Shown: piece by piece, positions 29,086-33,857 of the stretch
How the letters are laid out: each line of letters opens with the position of its first letter
Position numbering within the stretch: the first letter of the stretch is position 1
IMG/VR virus record: IMGVR_UViG_3300026260_000015
Span: 1 to 33,857 of that record
Source: a virus
Taxonomy: Duplodnaviria; Caudoviricetes
Strand: one strand, 5' to 3'
Length of the DNA: 33,857 bases
Notes under the pieces: model-generated
Seen by the model: only the letters and a program-made list of their open reading frames with translations
Database searches by the model: none
Told to the model about the DNA's origin: nothing
Program-made: the position numbers and the translations under genes

Positions 29086-29585
29086 ACTTTCTCCTTATTA
29101 TGTAGCCCATAATAGGCAATCATTAAAGCATCTGATCTCCCATCAAGTAAGCCTCCTCGTTTACCATGTAGTTGAGCTCGTGGGTACAAGTACTGAGCTA
29201 TCTTAGCTACTTGTTTTTTCACAGCTTTACCTTTAGCAGTTACGCCTATATATTTTTGCCATATCTTAGGAGTAACTGTATTAGGTAGTTTACCTGCAAT
29301 TAATTCAGCAATAGTTGTAACTGTTCCTAGATTCTTACCAAAACTAAAATTAGATTTTGCTGACATACCATACATAGAATGTATATCTTCTACCCATATT
29401 TTATATTTAGGCTTAGTAGATAAAACAGATCCATCCCATTGGATAGTAAGATGTACACGTATAAAATTATGAATCTCTTTAATACTATTTTTCTTTAAAT
29501 CTAACAGAGCAACACTGTCTGGATTCTCTGAATCCAGAACAGCGACTGCTCCATTAGCCCCCGGATCAATCCCACAGACTCTCAT
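29082..29585 (-). CDS. RuvC-like Holliday junction resolvase (N4 gp46-like)
   Basis: GIDPGANGAVAVL, WVED, FSFG, VTPKIWQK, DGRSDALMIA: RNase H-fold acidic catalytic residues. Confidence 0.9.
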   Translation of the reverse strand: MRVCGIDPGANGAVAVLDSENPDSVALLDLKKNSIKEIHNFIRVHLTIQWDGSVLSTKPKYKIWVEDIHSMYGMSAKSNFSFGKNLGTVTTIAELIAGKLPNTVTPKIWQKYIGVTAKGKAVKKQVAKIAQYLYPRAQLHGKRGGLLDGRSDALMIAYYGLHNKEKV

Positions 29586-30322
29586 TAGATCGGAGGGTCT
29601 GTTTGAAACAATGAACCTGTATCTGCAGATGCACTACCCATAATATCAGCAGCAGAACTATTGCCTTTCTTATTGGTAGATTTATCAATAACTGTACCCG
29701 TATTCTTCTGGGCCCACTTATCGAATCTAGCAGCAGGTTCTTTGTTGGTAATTTCTTCAGCAGTCTTACCTTCGGCATTACCAAAGAACTTACACTGATT
29801 TACAGTACGAGATGCACCAGTTGGTACATATTCGCCTTTGTCGTTCTTAGCCTGTCTGTCTTCAATAACTTGATGAACAGCTACTTTGACAGGTTTACCG
29901 ACTAAGCTCATTATTACTGGACGTTCTGTAGGTGCCTCCTTCTTTAATTCAGGATTCCATACATTTACTTGCTTCTTTTCTGCAGATTCCATGCATTTAG
30001 GTAGGCTTTCACCTGTAATAGCTACACACATAGAATTTGCAATTGAATAACCAGGAAGCGGATAGTCTTTACCATCCTTCGTGTAATAAGTCTTATTACC
30101 CTTAGCTTTACCTGATTTAATCCAGAAATTTTCTCTAAGCTCAGAGAAGTTTCCGCCATTCTTTTCCAGAATAACATTGAAGCTTACTGCTTCAGATGCA
30201 GACTGGTTTAGATACACCATTTTCACGGTAGCATCGTATACACCAGATTCCCATGCAAACCCACCGCCTACTCTTTCAATAGACTGTGTTTCTACATTCT
30301 TTGGGAGTTCCCATTCACTCAT
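29585..30322 (-). CDS. ssb: Single-stranded DNA-binding protein (N4 gp45-like)
   Basis: GGGF.WESGVYDATVK..Y, KGNKTYYTKDGKDYPLPGY, WAQKNTG.VID and C-terminal SLF. AAGGA SD. Syntenic between AAA ATPase and RuvC. Confidence 0.87.
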   Translation of the reverse strand: MSEWELPKNVETQSIERVGGGFAWESGVYDATVKMVYLNQSASEAVSFNVILEKNGGNFSELRENFWIKSGKAKGNKTYYTKDGKDYPLPGYSIANSMCVAITGESLPKCMESAEKKQVNVWNPELKKEAPTERPVIMSLVGKPVKVAVHQVIEDRQAKNDKGEYVPTGASRTVNQCKFFGNAEGKTAEEITNKEPAARFDKWAQKNTGTVIDKSTNKKGNSSAADIMGSASADTGSLFQTDPPI

Positions 30323-30362
30323 AAGTTATATCCTTTCTTAGTTGAGTGTTAATAAACCACAA

Positions 30363-30593
30363 TTATTTATCTGTGGCGTTGTTTACCAGCTCTCTCTGTC
30401 TTTCGAGATACTGATCTAATACTTTTGTAAATTCTTTAACCTGCATTCCTGGTTTTCTTTTTAAAGTCTCAGCAGCAATTTCCTGTACCATTTCAATTCC
30501 CATTTCTGTTACCGCAAATACCATATTTTTAGATAACTCTAATCGATTATCTCGTTCATTATCTATAATTTCATCATTACCTGGATGACTCAT
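30363..30593 (-). CDS. Hypothetical protein
   Basis: 76 aa, AAGGAG SD, helical, co-oriented with its neighbours. Confidence 0.7.
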   Translation of the reverse strand: MSHPGNDEIIDNERDNRLELSKNMVFAVTEMGIEMVQEIAAETLKRKPGMQVKEFTKVLDQYLERQRELVNNATDK

Positions 30594-30606
30594 AATTCTC
30601 CTTTTT

Positions 30607-30753
30607 GGTTATAAAATAAAATGCCTCTCCCGTGAAGAAGAGGACTAGTGTTTTATAACTCTTCAGTTAGGACAGGTCTTATAAGGGAGGAGACCCTATA
30701 AGGCGTATAAGGCCTATCCTGCAGTAGATGGATTAATGTGGCTCTAATACTGC
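30607..30753. promoter_or_regulatory. Structured intergenic region with three consecutive inverted repeats
   Basis: Arms at 30608-18/30649-59, 30669-83/30706-20 and 30721-26/30748-53, plus three TATAAGG copies. Function unknown. Confidence 0.55.
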
Positions 30754-30777
30754 GGTACCACCACGTTATTATATCAT

Positions 30778-31503
30778 TTATTTATAATACTCATGCAGTC
30801 TGTTGATAACATTTTGTAAGTTGTTATCTATATACGTTTCATTCATAGGCCACATTCCCATGGGACTACGAATTCGTTCATTAACTGTTTCTTTAGTTAA
30901 TCGAGTTTGAAATACGTATTTAAATCCATTAGCTTTATCATCTGCACTAGTTTTAAATAGTGGAGATTTTGCAACTTTATCTTCTAGTTTAGTTAAAGTC
31001 ATTTTCTTAGTTGAAATTACACAAGTGAAAAAACTTTCAATACCTTGATTCATCAAAGAACCTTTAACTTTAACCATGGTTTCGTTAACCATCTCGGCTT
31101 CATTGAGAACATCTGAAGTATGAGCTAGAAATACTACATTCTTGGTAGATTTAGCTACTACTTGAGACATTAGTATTTTCATATACTGTGCATATTGCCC
31201 CCATGCCTGCATCGTATTTGTTGAATTTAGCACCTTGGTACTTTCGTACATATCCATTAGATACGTAAGACTATCAATAACGATAGTGTGTATATCTTTC
31301 ATTTTTTCTGCTTCGGCAAAAGCCTCATACACCTGAGTTGGATCAACAACAGTGTATTCTTTGAATTTACTTTTAAACGGTAACTTCTTACCATTTTCGC
31401 AATTCAAATACATAACCCCTTCAGGCTTATCCATATCAAGTAAGCTTGCACTTTTACCTGAACTAGATTTACCTGATACTAATACTAAATGGTTATTATT
31501 CAT
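30778..31503 (-). CDS. AAA_24 / Sak4-like ATPase (N4 gp44-like)
   Basis: Walker A GKSSSGKS, YLNCE, Walker B IVIDSLT, FLAH, RIRSPMGM. Confidence 0.9.
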   Translation of the reverse strand: MNNNHLVLVSGKSSSGKSASLLDMDKPEGVMYLNCENGKKLPFKSKFKEYTVVDPTQVYEAFAEAEKMKDIHTIVIDSLTYLMDMYESTKVLNSTNTMQAWGQYAQYMKILMSQVVAKSTKNVVFLAHTSDVLNEAEMVNETMVKVKGSLMNQGIESFFTCVISTKKMTLTKLEDKVAKSPLFKTSADDKANGFKYVFQTRLTKETVNERIRSPMGMWPMNETYIDNNLQNVINRLHEYYK

Positions 31504-31706
31504 TTATTTTTCTCCAGTTTTTTACGTCCTTTACTAAGTACTTGCACTTGTTCTTCAAGATCCCAAATCTGTTTTTTAAGTTCTTGAATTTCTTCTTCAG
31601 ACTTGTCATCAAATAGGTTATTCCACATGTTTCCACATACGTCACCTAATGTTGAAAAAGCATCTTTTATATTTGTTTGATCTTTATCTGATAATCCTAT
31701 TCTCAT
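31500..31706 (-). CDS. Small coiled-coil hypothetical protein
   Basis: 68 aa, GGAGG SD within the end of the primase gene, ATGA overlap with the ATPase, heptad pattern IQELKKQIWDLEEQVQVL. Confidence 0.65.
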   Translation of the reverse strand: MRIGLSDKDQTNIKDAFSTLGDVCGNMWNNLFDDKSEEEIQELKKQIWDLEEQVQVLSKGRKKLEKNK

Positions 31707-31707
31707 A

Positions 31708-33857
31708 TTACCTCCCTCGTTTTTGATATTCCTTACTGATTGATTTAATCGTACTATTCCTGAATTGATCCTCAGGCAATGGTGTATCTAAGGAATTGTT
31801 AAAATTTTCAAGTTTTTCCACTATATCCCCTAATACCCATTTGGCATCTATTAACACCATTCCAAATCGATATAAGTGGTTAGCTCTGTTACCTTTAACC
31901 GTATGGGCCATAAACCATCGTTCAATATTACCAGCACCAGCAGCACTAATTTGTGCTTTTGTTTCGTCAGATCGTTTAGTTTCTGGAATGAACATAGTCG
32001 CATCTATGACTGCTCCATCGTTATATTCATAATGCCCTGGATATCCAGCCCATTTTCTAGCAATATCTTTAGCTCCTTCATCCACAGGAAATGGTAACCA
32101 TTCAAATACATTCTCCATAAATCGAGAATAGTCACTAGTTGTTAATTTAATCCTGTGCGATATAGGGAGAATAAGTCTAAATCGATTAATACTTGCAGTA
32201 TGTCTCTTAGTGGTAGATATCAGAAATTTGTAACCTTCTAATAAGTTTTTAACCATAGATATAGGCGCATCCCCATCACAATCTAGAATAAGTAGATCAA
32301 ATCCTGGAATAACATTTTCACTTTTACGATGCCCATTAACAAATGCATGGGCAGTATAATGCCATCCATCTGTAGTAGTTAATTTATGTAATAAGTCAAA
32401 TGGAGGTCTTATATCCGGTACTGCAAAGTTATATGCAATATCTTGACTCATTGCTACTGTTAGATTATTTAAATCAGTCTCCATAAGTGTCTCCCCATTA
32501 AAGAACTCAATATCATCTAGTAACCTCTTTTTGATGATAATGTTATTTCTATACCCAAAAGACGTAGCTAGAGTCATTAAATCCTTTCTTTGAGCCTCTG
32601 AGCCTTTGTAGAATGGCAGTTCTTCCATCAACTCATGCTGAGTCACGTCATTATCACAATCGGCTAAATAATGCGCTAAACGCTCATACGGGCCTTGTTT
32701 ACGCATTAATGTGTGAAATGCCTCTCCTGAGTCTTCTACTACGCTAATAGCATAATCTAGATGATCTTGTGTTATTTCAGTTGAATTATCCGCAAATGTG
32801 TATGCTCCTGCTAGTTTAATAGCTTTATAGTATCTATGTGACATCTCTGCTTTGTGAATACTCATATGATCTTTCATATCATCAGCTAAATCTTCACACT
32901 TCATCTGATATTGTATTAAATAAACAGAATTAGCCTCTGACATTTGTAATACTGGATTAAATGGTCTTTTAGCAAAATTAGTGAATGTTTGTTGGATTGC
33001 TAGCATATCCCTAGCTAGACTAGCATCTACCATTTGTTGGTATCGTTCCTGTGCAGATGCGTATTTAGTCCTGTGACTATCTACTGTATATCCAAATAAT
33101 AATCTACGAGCATAACCAGTTTCCAGGAATTGCCTAAATTCCTCTTCAACTCTTCCACCATCTAAGAGCTTAGTAGGCGTACCAAACATCATTAGATTAG
33201 TAGGCGTATTGCCTGGTAATTCTTCTGATCTAATGTTCTCTACAGTATTTTTGATAAGTTTTTGTTTTACCAAACCAACGTCATATAGCTCAAGAAATGT
33301 ATTTAGTACATCTGTATTCGCTGATATGTGAGATCCGACTTCATCTAGCTCTAGATTCATAGAACCTGCAGAAGCTAGTAACAGTTTTTCACGCATTTGC
33401 TTTACAGCTGGAGAGGTTCCACTGTCAAAACTGAAAGCCAATTCTCCTAAACGGTCAAAATGTCTTTGAAATTTATCTAGTTGAATCTCGTATTCCTCAT
33501 TTAACGGCAGAATACTTTGACCATTGTTAAGACGTGCTTGGCTTCTTTCCTGAGCCAGAGTTTGAATATTTTCCTCAGCTTTTCTGGGAAATATATTATT
33601 TAGAAATTCTTTCTTGAAGTGAGCTACAAACTCACGTTCCAGAATATTAGTAGAGTGCCCCTTACCTGTTCCTGATACCATCAAATTTAGTACATAAGTA
33701 TTAACCGGGATTACATCTCTATCATTTGTTTGAATGTTACATCGCATCATGGAGGCTACTTTAGATAAGTAATACCCAGTTAGAATGCGAAAAAAATGTC
33801 GATTATCATTGTTAACTTTACGAACAAGGATATCGACTATTCTTTCAGAAAACGGAT
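31708..33857 (-). CDS. DNA primase/helicase-like protein (N4 gp43-like), 5'-truncated by the window edge
   Basis: The frame stays open upstream of the tracked ATG at 33750 (PFSERIVDILVRKVNNDNRHFFRILTGYYLSKVAS-MMR). N-terminal P-loop SGTGKGHS and LELDEVG, C-terminal AEP-like LDCDG, TTKRH, RFRLILP, and PriCT-like GNRANHL. Confidence 0.9.
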   Translation of the reverse strand, partial: PFSERIVDILVRKVNNDNRHFFRILTGYYLSKVASMMRCNIQTNDRDVIPVNTYVLNLMVSGTGKGHSTNILEREFVAHFKKEFLNNIFPRKAEENIQTLAQERSQARLNNGQSILPLNEEYEIQLDKFQRHFDRLGELAFSFDSGTSPAVKQMREKLLLASAGSMNLELDEVGSHISANTDVLNTFLELYDVGLVKQKLIKNTVENIRSEELPGNTPTNLMMFGTPTKLLDGGRVEEEFRQFLETGYARRLLFGYTVDSHRTKYASAQERYQQMVDASLARDMLAIQQTFTNFAKRPFNPVLQMSEANSVYLIQYQMKCEDLADDMKDHMSIHKAEMSHRYYKAIKLAGAYTFADNSTEITQDHLDYAISVVEDSGEAFHTLMRKQGPYERLAHYLADCDNDVTQHELMEELPFYKGSEAQRKDLMTLATSFGYRNNIIIKKRLLDDIEFFNGETLMETDLNNLTVAMSQDIAYNFAVPDIRPPFDLLHKLTTTDGWHYTAHAFVNGHRKSENVIPGFDLLILDCDGDAPISMVKNLLEGYKFLISTTKRHTASINRFRLILPISHRIKLTTSDYSRFMENVFEWLPFPVDEGAKDIARKWAGYPGHYEYNDGAVIDATMFIPETKRSDETKAQISAAGAGNIERWFMAHTVKGNRANHLYRFGMVLIDAKWVLGDIVEKLENFNNSLDTPLPEDQFRNSTIKSISKEYQKRGR

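Noticed and set aside
33748-33750. ORF-track start codon of the primase
   Set aside because: The frame is open to the window edge and encodes the conserved-looking N-terminus, so the real start is outside the window.
1-33857. tRNA, rRNA, CRISPR array, integrase or transposase
   Set aside because: None recognised. Intergenic gaps are short, with no cloverleaf or regularly spaced repeats.

Overview
Fragment of an AT-rich, N4-like (Schitoviridae-type) lytic phage genome with no host genes. The + strand (459-28400) carries the late/virion operon in N4 gene order: portal, gp58-like, gp57-like (scaffold), major capsid, gp55/54/53-like, ejection proteins gp52/51-like and a very large 4664-aa virion RNA polymerase. 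The - strand (28397-33857) carries the N4-type replication block: primase/helicase, AAA_24 ATPase, SSB and RuvC-like resolvase. The most unusual element is a three-gene cassette (acyl carrier protein, Cys-His-His beta-ketoacyl synthase, small unknown and possibly GNAT-like protein) chained by overlapping stop/start codons directly onto the portal gene, which suggests a phage-encoded acyl-chain system tied to virion morphogenesis. Second, the vRNAP is a polyvalent protein with an N-terminal lytic transglycosylase, a NADAR-like domain flanked by in-frame direct repeats, an SH3/KOW-like module and a zincin HExxH motif. Also present are two highly basic small genes after the capsid terminator, a structured 180-nt intergenic region upstream of ssb, and a probable dATP/dGTP diphosphohydrolase gene start missed by the ORF track. 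All family calls come from motif recognition and synteny by eye; no database search was run.
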